Below are positions 1-12,104 of a stretch of DNA of 64,000 nucleotides, in pieces. Position numbers and translations under genes: made by a program. Source of the DNA: Chrysomallon squamiferum (taxonomy: Eukaryota > Animalia > Mollusca); contig CM022666.1 of the NCBI GenBank assembly GCA_012295275.1, forward strand, positions 11,222,001 through 11,286,000, written 5' to 3'. The notes beneath the pieces are model-generated. The model saw only the letters and a list, made by a program, of their open reading frames with translations. It had not been told where the DNA came from and ran no database searches. The first letter of the stretch is position 1; every line of letters starts with the position of its first letter.

Positions 1-1695
1 CAACAATAAATATGTGTATCCCTAGTCTTTTACCACTGCAACAACAGCAGACACGTAACAGAGGTCTGACAGAAATAAATATGGGTATCCCTAGAGTTCT
101 ACCACTAGAACAACAGCAGACATATAGTCGGTATCAGGCAACAATAAATATAAGTATTCCTAGTGTTTTACCACAACAACAACAGCAGACATGTAGTCGA
201 TGTCTGACAACAATAAATATAGGTATCCCTAGTGTTTTACTACCATAAGAACAGCAGATATGTAGTCGATGTCTGATAAAAAATAAATATGGGTATCCCT
301 AGTGTTTTACCATTACAACAACAGTAGGCATGTAGTCGAGGCCTGGCAACAATAAATATTGGTATCCCTAATGTTTTACTACTACAACAACAGCAGACAT
401 TTAGTCGATGTGTGACAACAATTATAAATATGGGTATCCTTAGTGTTTTACCACTGCAACAACAGCAGACATGTAATAGATGTCTGACAACAATAAATAT
501 GGGTATCCCTATTATTTTAGCACTACAAAAATAGCATAGATGTAGCCGACATCTGGTATCAATAAATATGAGGAATTCCTAGTATTTTACCACTAAAACA
601 AAAGCAGATATGTAGTCGATGTGTACTAACAATTAATATGGGTATACTTAGGGTTTTACCACTACAACAACGGGAGACATAGTCGATATCTGACAAATTG
701 CTAGTGTTTTACTACTTGTACAACAGCAGACATGTAATCGGTATCCCTATTGTTTTACCATCACATCAAAACCAGACATGTAGTCGATATCCGACAGCAA
801 TAAATATAAGTATCCCTAGTGTTTTACCACTAGAACAAGAGCAGACATGTAATACATGTCTGACAACAATAAATGTGCAATTCCTAGTGTTTTACCACTA
901 CAACAACAAAAGAGTTGTAGTCGATATCTGGCAACAAATTTCTAGTCTTACTACTTCATCAACAGCAGACATGTAGTAGATGTCTGACAACAATAGATAT
1001 GGATATTCCTAGTATTTTGCGACTAAAACAATGGCAGATAGGAAGTCGATATCTGACAACAGTAAATATGGGTATCCCTAGTGTTTTACAAGTACAACAG
1101 CAGACATGTATTTGACCTGCGACAAATATAAATATTGGTCTGACTAATGTTTTATCACTACAACAACAGCAGACGTAGTCGATATCTGACAACAAATTGC
1201 TAGTGTTTTACTACTTCTACAACAGAATACATGTAGCCGAAGTCTGACAACAATACGTATGGGACTGCCTAGTGTCTTACCACTACAACAACAGCAGACA
1301 TGTAGTCGATGTCTGACAACAATAAATATGGGTATCCCTAGTGTTTTACCACCATAAAAACGAGATGTAGTCGATATCTGGAAAAAAATAAATATGAGTA
1401 TTTCTAGTGTTTTACCACTGGAATAACAGCACACATGTAGTCGATGTCTGACAACAATAAATATAGTTATCCCTAGTCTTTTACCACTCCATCAACAGCA
1501 GACATGTAGTAGATGTCTGACAACAATAAATATGGGTATCCCTGGTGTTTTATCACTACAACAACAGGAGACGTAGTCGATATTTCACAACAAATTGCTA
1601 GTGTCTTACTACTTCTACAACAACAACAGCAGACCTGTAGTCGATGTCTCACAAAAATAAATATGGGTATTACCACTGCAACAACACCAGACAGG
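1..1695. repeat. Tandem satellite array, ~69-bp unit (with ~57-bp variant units), running off the window start
   Basis: Consensus caacaataaatatgggtatccctagtgttttaccactacaacaacagcagacatgtagtcgatgtctga repeats about 25 times with substitutions. Short variants beginning caacaaattgctagtg occur near 694, 932, 1190 and 1590. Confidence 0.95.
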
Positions 1696-1861
1696 TGATA
1701 GATATCGCCGAGTCGAGTGAAGGCGAACGTGACCGTGCCGAGAAGAAATCACAAAGAAGAAAAAAAAACAGCAATCACAATTATTATTATTAATTGTTTT
1801 TGTTCATTTATTTATTTATTTATTTATTTATTTATTAACATCATTCTGTTATTATCATTAC

Positions 1862-1897
<36 letters not shown>

Positions 1898-2158
1898 CAC
1901 AAACGCGGGTCAAGCACACGCGAACTGAAACACCGGCGCGCACGATTCGATTCGACTCGACGCGTCGCGGGCACCGCACCTCTTCTTTCTTTTTTTCTTT
2001 ATTTTTCGTCACGCGAAAATAATTGAAAAGAGAAAAAATAAATAAAGAAACAAAACGAAAGACGCGGCGCAGCCTCGGCTGAAGTCGACACGTTTCTGAG
2101 CGAAAGACACGGGAATTGAAAAAAAAAAAAAAAATAAAACAGAAAGTAAGAAAAGAGC
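1696..2158 (+). other. CpG-rich, probable degenerate 5' ETS remnant interrupted by microsatellites and poly(A)
   Basis: GC/CpG-rich patches (cgcgggtcaagcacacgcg...gacgcgtcgcggg) sit directly upstream of the 18S start in otherwise CpG-poor DNA. ETS identity is inferred from position only. Confidence 0.45.
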
Positions 2159-3481
2159 TATCTGGTTGATCCTTCCGGTAGCCATATGCATGTCTAAGTA
2201 CAAACTTCCACATAGTGAAACTGCGAATGGCCGATTAGATCAGTTATGGTTCATTAGATCGTACAATCCTTACTTGGATAACTGTGGCAATTCTAGAGCT
2301 AATACATGCAACGAAGCTCCGACCTCGCGGGAAGAGCGCTTTTATTAGTTCAAAACCAATCGGGTCCGCCCGTCCAAACTGGTGACTCTGGGTAACTTTG
2401 TGCGGATCGCTGGGCCATCGAGCCGGCGACGTATCTTTCTAGTGTCTGCCCTATCAACTTTCGTAGGTAGTCGACATGACCACCTAGATTCTCACGGGTA
2501 GCGGGGGATCGTGGGTTCGATTCCGGAGAGGGAGCATGAGAAACGGCTACCACATCCAAGGAAGGCAGCAGCCACGCAACTTACCCACTCCTGGCACGGG
2601 GAGGTAGTGACGAAAAATAACAATACGGGACTCTTTCGAGACGCCGTAATTGGAATGAGTACACTTTAAATCCTTTAACAAGGATCCATTGGAGGGCAAG
2701 TCGGGTGCCAGCAGCCGCGGTAATTCCAGCTCCAATAGCGTATATTAAAGTTGTTGCAGTTAAAAAGCTCGTAGTTGGATCTCGTGCGTCGGTCCACTTC
2801 GCGGTGGTCTCACTGCACGTTGCCTGGCTCGCCTGGCCGGTTGTCCCTCGGTGCTCTTCGCTGAGCGCTCTCGAGTGGCCGGAATGTTAACTTTGAAAAA
2901 ATTAGAGTGTTCAAAGCAGGTCGCCTGCATAATGTCGCATGGAATAGGACCTCGGTTAAATTTTGTTGGTTTTCGGAAAAGTCGAGGTAATGATTAAAAT
3001 GCCGACCAGCGATCCGCCAGCGTTGCTTCGATGACCCGTCGAGCAACTTCCGAGAAACCAAAGTCTTTTGATTGCAAAGTTGAAATTGAAAGGAATTGAC
3101 GGAAGGGCGCCACCAGGAGTGGCTTAATTTGACTCAACACGGGAAAACTCACCCGGTCCGGACACCGCAAGGATTGACAGATCGATAGCTCTTTCTAGAT
3201 TCGGTGGGTGGTGGTGCATGGCCGTCCTTAGTTGGTGGAGCGATTTGTCTGGTTAATTCCGATAACGAACGAGACTGTAGCCTATTAAATAGTTCGCCGA
3301 TCCGGATACCCAAACACAATGTCGGCGCGACTTTTTAGAGGGAAAGTGGCGTACAGCCACACGAGACTGAGCAATAACAGGTCTGTGATGCCCTTAGATG
3401 TCCGGGGCCGCACGCGCTCTACACTGAAGGAATCAATGTGGACGATGCCCTGCTCCGAGAGCAGTGGGAAACCCGTTGAAT

Positions 3482-3512
<31 letters not shown>

Positions 3513-3588
3513 GGCTACTACCGATCGAACGGTTTAGTGAGATCTTCGGATTGGTCCCTTCGAGGCGGGCCGAGAAGATGATCAAACT
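2159..3588 (+). pseudogene. 18S (SSU) rRNA pseudogene, ~1430 bp, internally deleted and 3'-truncated
   Basis: Starts TATCTGGTTGATCCT and contains the universal motifs GTGCCAGCAGCCGCGGTAATTCCAGCTCC (~2705), GGAATTGACGGAAGGGC (~3092) and TTGTACACACCGCCCGT (~3497). Conserved core segments are missing (~2190, ~2945, ~2998, ~3070, ~3122, ~3480). It stops before the GTCGTAACAAGG terminus, and no ITS/5.8S/28S follows. Confidence 0.95.
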
Positions 3589-3759
3589 ACTCCAGAATTA
3601 ATGAGAAGAGATTTTGAATATCAGGAAAGTGGCTTCTCTTCCATGAATTTTCTTCATGACCTGTGCATCATTATTTTTTGTGTGTGTGTGTGAGAATTTT
3701 CTGGTCAAATAAATCAGCAGCTGCAGCTATCAAGTTGTTCTCAAGATCCTCCTACATCT

Positions 3760-4150
3760 TTACTCGTTAACCACTGCAAACCTAGCTTTTGTTAGAAAAA
3801 CCTGCTGGCCAAAAGTTGCAGAGCTGAACTCGGTCATCAGTTGGAACCAATTTCCACAGACTAATTAAACTCGTAACAGATCTCCGGAGGACTGTCAAGA
3901 TGGAGTTACTAAAAGGCAAATTATGTTTTTACAAATAAGATTGTCAAAGAATTGAATATACTTATTCTCAAAACTGCAAAGGAAACCATTCAAAGAAGAG
4001 CAAGATGAAATTATACACCTTACTGGATAGAACAGCTGCAGAATCTAATGTCTAAGATAAATGAACCCACAGAAACTGTGGAACAACTGCCAGCTGTTGA
4101 AGGCAACATACAGCTGAAGGCAATAATTGTTCAAACAACAATAAAGCCAT
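3760..4150 (+). mobile_element. Degraded non-LTR retrotransposon (LINE) ORF2 fragment, endonuclease-RT linker region
   Basis: From ~3931 it translates as TNKIVKELNILILKTAKETIQRRAR*NYTPYWIEQLQNL...VEQLPAVEGNIQLKA. This resembles the 'AAKxxIPRG.R..Y.PYW..EL' linker of I/Ingi-group LINEs (recalled similarity). Confidence 0.6.
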
Positions 4151-4519
4151 CCTTGTATTATAATGGTCACATCTAAAAACTGCAAAGTTTTTATTTCCAG
4201 ACGATGTTGTTCTTCACCTGCTAAATAAACAACATAGCATTATGAATAAAAACAAACCACATAGAAGTATCTTATAATTTATATATATATTTATTATTTA
4301 TTTTATTTCAAAAACTTTTATAATTCTAGCATTCAATGCCTTTATAGGCTATTTTATTTGAAATATATGATATATGAATAAATAAATTTAATTCTTCACT
4401 TGGTGTAAAGGTTTTTAATCTGTCTACCATTGTTATTGTTGTTGTTTTTGCTGCTGTTGTTGTCACTGTAATTGTTATTGTTGTGTTGTCATTATTTATT
4501 TTTTATGTTCTGTTTTAAA

Positions 4520-6105
4520 GAAAGTTCAACTCCAAAAAGAAGGAAATTTTACAAAGCAGGCAGTAAAAATTTAACTTCATGTAAGCACTGAATAGATAAA
4601 CAGCAGACCTGTTACTAACTTCCACTGACGTAATAACAAATAATATTTAATCACACATGGATTATGGGCAAGTCAGTTAAAGATATTGGAGCAGCTAATC
4701 TCTAACACGTCTGCCATATTTTCAAACAAAACATACAAAAATAAAAGTTTTTTACAGGTTACAACAGTAATATCAGTAACAAGCCTGCATAATTCACCAA
4801 AATATCAATAATAGCATGGGCAGTGTAACATTATTGATTTTCCCAGTTATACCACTTTTAACATTTTAAAACATTTAATTTAATAATGTACCTACTTGTC
4901 ATTTCACCTTTTCTAGAGCTAACTATTAGATTATATTGTTTTTAAGACTGAGAAAGGATTCTTTCTAATAAAAAAAAAAAAAAAAAAAAAAAAAATGTTA
5001 TTATGCTTAATAATCTGAGGAAACAACATCACATAAAATATTTTTACACATTTCATTTTTTTCATTCATTCACAGGATTATCAAATATGTTTACAATTAA
5101 ATAAAATTAACTAAATCTTATTAGAATAAATGAATCAATTCTAATGATATTCAAAACATAAACAGAGCATTTACTTTGTTCAGTCTTTATCTTTACATGA
5201 TTATTATTTATTTATTCATTTATTTATTCATTTTATTTTTATTTTTATTTTTATTTTTAATTTTGGATGAGAGATATTTATATTAAGTAAACCAAATATT
5301 TTTGATGTTGTTGAAATATCTTTGAAATTTTCTTAAGATATGTTTTTCTAAAGGTGATCTCATTCTGTGCCTGTAAATAAAAAAACAGAACTGTTATTTC
5401 ATAAAAATTCTCCAAACATTTCCTAACTGCATAGAACTGTATTTATTATTAGATACTTTATAAATTTTTATATTCTAATGTAAGGCATCAAGAAATTAAA
5501 TATATGAAAAATAAGAAATAATTAAAAATATTTAATAATAATAATAATAATAATAAAATTCAAGTCCTACAAGACAGATTTAATTGTTACACATTTTATT
5601 TTCTAAATGAACATGTATCACACCAGCTACAAACAATGATCATAGACCAAGTTCAATGAATGTTTCACAAAAACTAAATGTGTGTTGATTTGTTTGTTAT
5701 TCTTTGATCTATTTACTTTTTAAAATAGATATCCAGTCCAAGAAAAAGGAAAGCTGGCAAAGCAGAAACTAAAAGAAATTAACTTTATTAACAGAAAAAC
5801 TGCTGACTTGTTACTAGCTTCCACTGCCAGGATTAACTAAACCACAGATAACAGGCAAGTCTGTTAAAGATACTGGAGCAGCTTATCTCTAACATGTCTG
5901 CCATATTTTCAAACAAAACATACAAGAATAAAAGTCTTTTACAAATTACATAAGATATCAGAAACAAGTCTGCATAATTCACCAAAATATCAATAATATC
6001 ATGGGCAGTGTAACATTATTGATTTTACCAGTTATAACACTTTTACATTTTTAAACATTTAATTTAATAATGTCCCAGCTTGTCATTTCTCCTTTCCAGC
6101 AGTTG
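4520..6105 (+). repeat. Diverged direct duplication (~350-400 bp copies at ~4520-4920 and ~5735-6105)
   Basis: Both copies share ggcaagtc.gttaaagata.tggagcagct.atctctaaca.gtctgccatattttcaaacaaaacatacaa and gcataattcaccaaaatatcaataata.catgggcagtgtaacattattgatttt. Confidence 0.9.
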
Positions 6106-7275
6106 AAATTAAATGTGTTGCTTTTGAGATTATGATAGAAAGTGTTAATATAGATTAAATAAATTGTAACTGTAATATTGTATCTGCTTTATCTATTTTT
6201 CAATAGTTTCTTATATTAAGAAATACACCTGTAATTTTTAAGCAATGATTCAAGCTCAGTCTGGTTCCAATTTTTTGATCAATTGCTTCATAGCTGTTGC
6301 ACCTTATTCTCAATTAGTCTGAATATTTAAACATAAAACTACTGCATTAGTTACAGCAGTTATTTAGATTGAAAACAATTCTGAGTAAGTTATTTATTTT
6401 CTGTTTTTGCTGTCTTGAATGAACTCTACTACATTATTTTTTTTTTTTTTTTATTATTGTTATTATTATTATTATGAAACATATCTTAAAAGATCTAGTT
6501 TTGTTTATATACTTACCTTATATCGGTTTATTTGCCTTTTTCCTTCTCTCTTGTAATGACTTCTGCTTATATACTGGATTCAGTGATCAGCTGAGAATCT
6601 GTTTTCACCGTAATATAGCTGTCCACTGCTGATCTATAAAAGAATATTCTTTCTACAGTTCATGAAAAGATATTGATAAACATAATGCTTATATTTGGGT
6701 TTCCGTTATTAATTTTGCGTGATTAGAAGTTAAAACATATTCCAATACTGCAAAATAAGTTACTTTATTTGATATTAAACAACACTGAAAACCTATGTCG
6801 AATGTATTAATACATAGTGAATACATTATGGGCTTTACACATTAATAAAATATACATTCAAAATGTTCATAGCAATATAATTTATATAAGCTCTACAGAT
6901 TTACTCACAGCATGTAGAACATCTTTAATGGCGGTTCCATACTGTTACATGATACTCAAGCAAATTACTACGCTGGCTTGGGAAGATGTTAGATTTTAAA
7001 ACCTGTAATTTAGTTTCCTAAGTACTCCGAAACATGATGATAATAATATCACTCTTAACCACATGGAATTCTGTAATTAATATTATTTATTTAGTTTAAT
7101 CACAATAAGAAAATAATCCTATATCTATATTAAGTACAATAAAACATGTTAAAGAAATACACAATTATTTTTTTTATTAAGGAAGGGGTAGTAATCAAAA
7201 CTATGAGGATAATGGTTTACTTTTATTCCAATGTTGTTATTTTTATTTTTGGTTAAAAAAATAATAATAAATAAA

Positions 7276-7328
<53 letters not shown>

Positions 7329-8025
7329 TTTTTTTTTTTTTTTTTTTTCACAAGGCTCTTTTTAAATAGGTTAGAAAACAAACCAATTAATCCAGATTAC
7401 TGTCTTCACAAATACCAGTCTGTACAACACTTAATAATTCACAAAGGTTTTGTTTGTTTGTTTATTCCAAGGCATTAAATAAAATTTAAAAAAAATGAAT
7501 GATAAACTGATTGCTTCAAAAATATATATATATAGTGTGCGTGTGTGTGTGAGTTTCTAAAGTGGACATCTGATTTTATTTTTCTGTTTTATTGACTGTA
7601 AGATTAACTTTGACCACAATTTTCAGTTTGTAATATAGGTCAAAGTGATATAAATTACCAGCAGTTAGATAAGGTATGACGTGTTGTGGAACATTTATTT
7701 CTGTAGATTATACATGTTAAATTATTCATCTTTTTATTGTTTATTTTTTATTATTTTTTTTATTATTTTTTTAGTATGTTTATTTTTTTATTATTATTAT
7801 TTTTTTTTTTTTTTTTATATTTGCTATATAAGGTATTAATTATTGTATTCATTATTTTATAATTATAATTTTTAGATTAACACTGTTTACTAATCTTTCT
7901 CGTTATGTTTCCAATTTATCTAATGACTTTCTGATGCCCTCCATACAAAATGTTGATTCTTCTTAATAACAAAACTAATTTTTCCCACTTATAAACCAGC
8001 CCTCATCCTACTTCCCTATCAAGAT

Positions 8026-8604
8026 GGGGATACCAAAAAAGTGGCACTGGAAAAAAGGTACATTGAAAAAAATTGCACCTGGAAGAAATGGCACTATGCA
8101 AATTTGGAAAAAAAAATGGCACCTTATTTTATTTTTTGGTATAATTGCTTTAAAAAAGTTTAAAAGTACTTTTCAAAATACAATTTATTCATGTAATATT
8201 GCTACATACATGTATATTAATATATAGCATCACTCAGCCACTTAGTTTTGCTTAACAAAGCACAGTATTATATCAATTATTACAATTACCACATTATCAC
8301 CACATTTAAAAATATAATATCATAGTATATATAAAAACATAGCATCACTCAGTCACTTGGTTTTGGTTAATATGAGGTTTCCAGTGGATGTTGTGACCAG
8401 CAATTATGAATTGTTTTTGTAAGCAGGATTTAACTGATTATGTTATCATGATCAAACACCAAGCAAATTATGTGTGTGTGTGCATGTATATGTAAATGTA
8501 TATATATATATATATGTACACACACACACACACATGCACACATATATGCATATATATACACATACATACATACATACATACACATATACACACACATACA
8601 TATG

Positions 8605-8650
<46 letters not shown>

Positions 8651-9086
8651 TACACACATTCATACCTACGTATACATACATACATGTACCATAGTTAAAA
8701 TATTTTTCAGAATGACATCATTCTGTCAGTTCAAACACAGGCAGACACATACACATGCACACACGTTTCAGTTAGTTCTGGTTTACATTTGTTTTGACTG
8801 ACCATATAGTTATGAACTGTCAACAATTGTGTTTTATATTATATCTGACATTAAATCATTATCGCAAATATTATTCAAGCACTGGGTTTTTTTTATCTGT
8901 TTTTTATGTGCAATTATGAATCGATTTTGTAAGCAGGATTTCACCTACTGCCAATAACAAAATGTCAACAAGCAATAAAAACAATATTTTTCAGGTGACT
9001 TTTTTCCAAATTTACATAGTGCCATTTCTTCTAGGTGCTGTTTTTGCCAGGTGGCTTTTTTTCCAGTGCCATTTTTTCCTACACCC
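8026..9086. mobile_element. Non-autonomous foldback/MULE-like DNA element with ~95-bp TIRs
   Basis: 8026-8125 is the imperfect reverse complement of 8992-9086, both built of aaaaatggcac-type subrepeats. Termini are GGG...CCC, flanked by atcaagat (8018-8025) and atgaagat (9087-9094), a 7/8 TSD match. Confidence 0.75.
8469..8690. repeat. Compound (CA)/(TA)/(TACA) microsatellite
   Basis: Read directly; it is the source of six spurious ORFs in the track. Confidence 0.95.
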
Positions 9087-9468
9087 ATGAAGATTTTAGA
9101 GCAATTCGTCATACTCTGAATCAGTACAAAACCCTTATGAGTTATGTAGAAGAAATGTGCAATAAAATCAGTTAACAGATATAAATTAACTAACTGCCAA
9201 GGGTTCCAATTAAAATAATTATTATTATAAATCAAATAGCTCTAGCCAGATTTCCCATTTCCCATTATAAGTAACCGTAATTCTTCCTGGATGCCTCCTA
9301 ATAGTCATGGTTAGCAGAATAAGCTAAAACATTTTTTGTCTCCATAGATGGTTCTTCTGCCAATAGTAATAATTACTCAGAGAAAACTCTATGATAAAAT
9401 ATCTTCAATAAACTGGCAGATGTCAACAGTCAGAATTATAAAACCTTATACATTTTGCAAAATTAAAA

Positions 9469-9521
<53 letters not shown>

Positions 9522-10354
9522 AATAATAAAAAAAGAAAAAAAGAAAAGAAAACCAAACAATAATACAAACATTATAGATTATGTTCACAGTTACATTTTT
9601 TGGTTAACTTTTCCATGAATAACACTTTTCAAGATTACAAGAAGATTGGTTTAAGCAGACAAAAGATTACACAATGAAAAAAAAAATTAGTAAGAAATCA
9701 CTTTTCTTTTTGTTCTCACAAGCACAGACACACAAAGTATGTAACTGATCTCTAATATAAAATTTGGCAAACATTTTTCAAGTAATAATTCATGTATTTA
9801 GCCCTGTGTCATTTGCCAGATATATGTAAAAAAAATCATTACTATTTTTAAGGTTATTTATCATTTCAAGAAAACTATCTAGTATATACCTTTCTCTATA
9901 TATTCAATGTAACCTTTCTACATTTGGAACTAGGATATTCAATCCTGAGTTAAAGATAAGATTTGACTTCAAATGTAATGTGTATACTCACACTGTTTTA
10001 ACAGGAAGAAATGTCTTAAATAACTTTTCTTGTCCAAATGGTCACATACATTTTATATGTTTTTCCCCATAATATAATGAAGCTTGTAAAAATGTAAATA
10101 AATATTATGAAGAATTTAAACCAAAACTAATATCATTGACTGCACAAAAATATATTTCCAGTTTAATCACTGAAACAAACAGAGGTAGTGTTTGGTAAGT
10201 TTTTTTTTTTTTTACTTCTATGTTTCTTTTTTTTTTCTTTTTTTCTGTCTGTCTGTTGTGTGTATGGGTTTGTTCGTTTATGTGTAATATATATGTCTGT
10301 ATGTGTGTATGTATGCATGTGTGTGTGTGTGATTGTCTGCATGTTTCTGTGTTC

Positions 10355-12005
10355 CATGTTTATCACTGAAATTCAACAGTGCAACTTGATGACACTCCCA
10401 GCACCTGTTGACCATCCATGATGAGATATTCCCCATGTGTAACATTCCCAGTCCAAGAACACTGGACAGAAGTGACACACCAGGTGGACAGATGTCCCAT
10501 CAGCAGCATCATCACCCAGACAATCCACCGAAGGAGCAACCTCACAACCCACCACCAGTCCTGAGTATTTGCACCCCACCCATGGAACCCCAACATGAGT
10601 GCATTCATCCTGCAACTGTTACCAGAAATCACGGTGCATCCATTGTACAGAAATGTCATATTTACAGAAATCTGAATCACACGTGTAAATTCTGGCTCTT
10701 ATTTGTTGTTAGTAGTATGTGCTCAATGGAGATCTGCTGATTATTAGTAATATTAGTAAATTATGTTAAATAAATATCAGTCTCTTGAAAGAAATAGTGA
10801 TTATAGTCCTATAGCTAATGTTGGAAAGTCACTATTTGTTTCACCAACTATAATTAAATTAGGTTTCTATAAAGATAAATGAAATATTAAGAATCACTAA
10901 GATGAATAAAGTTTGAAACTATTTTGTCAACAATATAATGACAATCATGGAGACATTTCCTGTCACTGTATCACTATTTCTTTCACCATAGATTAATAAT
11001 AAAACAAGTCAAAGAGGAAAAACAAATATCTATGATGACCTGGCTGCTCCACAGGAACAGTGATTTCATCCCAGAGAGTTTTCTGATCATTCACTGCTCC
11101 TGCTCAGACCATCAAAGAGTTGGAAAATTAATGAATATATATATATATAAAACCCAGTAATAATAAAAAAAAATTAAGAAATAACTAAATATGTTATCAA
11201 ACAAATGTTTGTAAAAACTTTTAAATCTCTGATGGTCTGTCTGCCCTACAGGAAAAATGATTTCATTCCAGTACATTGGTCACTCATTATTCCTGCCCAG
11301 ACTATCAAAGATTCAAAATGTTTAAATAATAATAATAATAATAATAACAAATATTAGTCAATACATTGACTAACGAACATATTAATATCACACACCCTGA
11401 AAAATATATCAGTATACACAGATTAGTACACACACAGTCACACACAAACATACATACATTAATACACATAAACTCTGACACACATTAATACATATACACA
11501 CACACACATATTAGAACATACACACCTTCATTAATACACATAAACACAGATATACATTAATACATACACACTCACTGACACACATTCGTATACACACAGA
11601 TCAATATACATACAAACACTGACACACATATTAGTAACAATATACAAATAACAACCAGATTGACATGCTGATATCAGAGTTCTCTGTAACAATGACATAA
11701 TACAAAGGGTGCATCAATGAGATCAGGGAACACAGCAGTCCTGCATCAAAGTTCCGGGAGCAAAATGCAGCCACAGGGCTATATTATTAATGACTTGTGG
11801 GGTGGGTCCTTCAGTGACAAGGACATCTGGGTGATGATACTGGTGATGTGACATCTGCTCACCTGATGGGACCTACCCACCCAGTGTTCATGGCCTGGGA
11901 ATGTTGCTTGAAATATTACATGGAGAATACCTGATTATGTATGCTCAAAGATGACAGAGAAAATGTCATTAAATTACATTGCTGAGTTCCAGTGATAAAC
12001 AGAGG
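10355..12005. repeat. Two diverged copies of a ~300-bp interspersed (SINE-like) repeat in inverted orientation (10355-10635 and 11680-12005)
   Basis: aacattcccagtccaagaacactgg...cagatgtcccatcagcagcatcatcacccaga matches the reverse complement of tctgggtgatgatactggtgatgtgacatctg...ccagtgttcatggcctgggaatgtt. A partial third copy lies at 12287-12390. Confidence 0.75.
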
Positions 12006-12104
12006 GAGTGATGTGGTGTAAGAAATGAATGGAAAAAAAGAAGAAAGAGTATTAAGAAGAAAAAAAGAAAAGACAAAATAGTTATTCCCACACTATGTCA
12101 TTAA

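Noticed and set aside
12-1698. ORFs within the satellite; CRISPR-like or hammerhead-ribozyme reading of the array
   Set aside because: Units are contiguous with no unique spacers and no cas genes; there is no CUGANGA/GAAA core; the ORFs are chance products of a 69-bp (23-codon) unit.
2166-3537. ORFs overlapping 18S; functional rRNA call
   Set aside because: These are shadow ORFs of rDNA, and deletions in universally conserved helices rule out a functional rRNA.
8430-8801. His/Thr/Tyr/Ile- and Cys/Val-rich ORFs
   Set aside because: They are translations of a CA/TA microsatellite.
10363-10740. 105-110 aa overlapping ORFs
   Set aside because: They lie in an interspersed repeat whose second copy does not preserve the frames; no recognisable domain.
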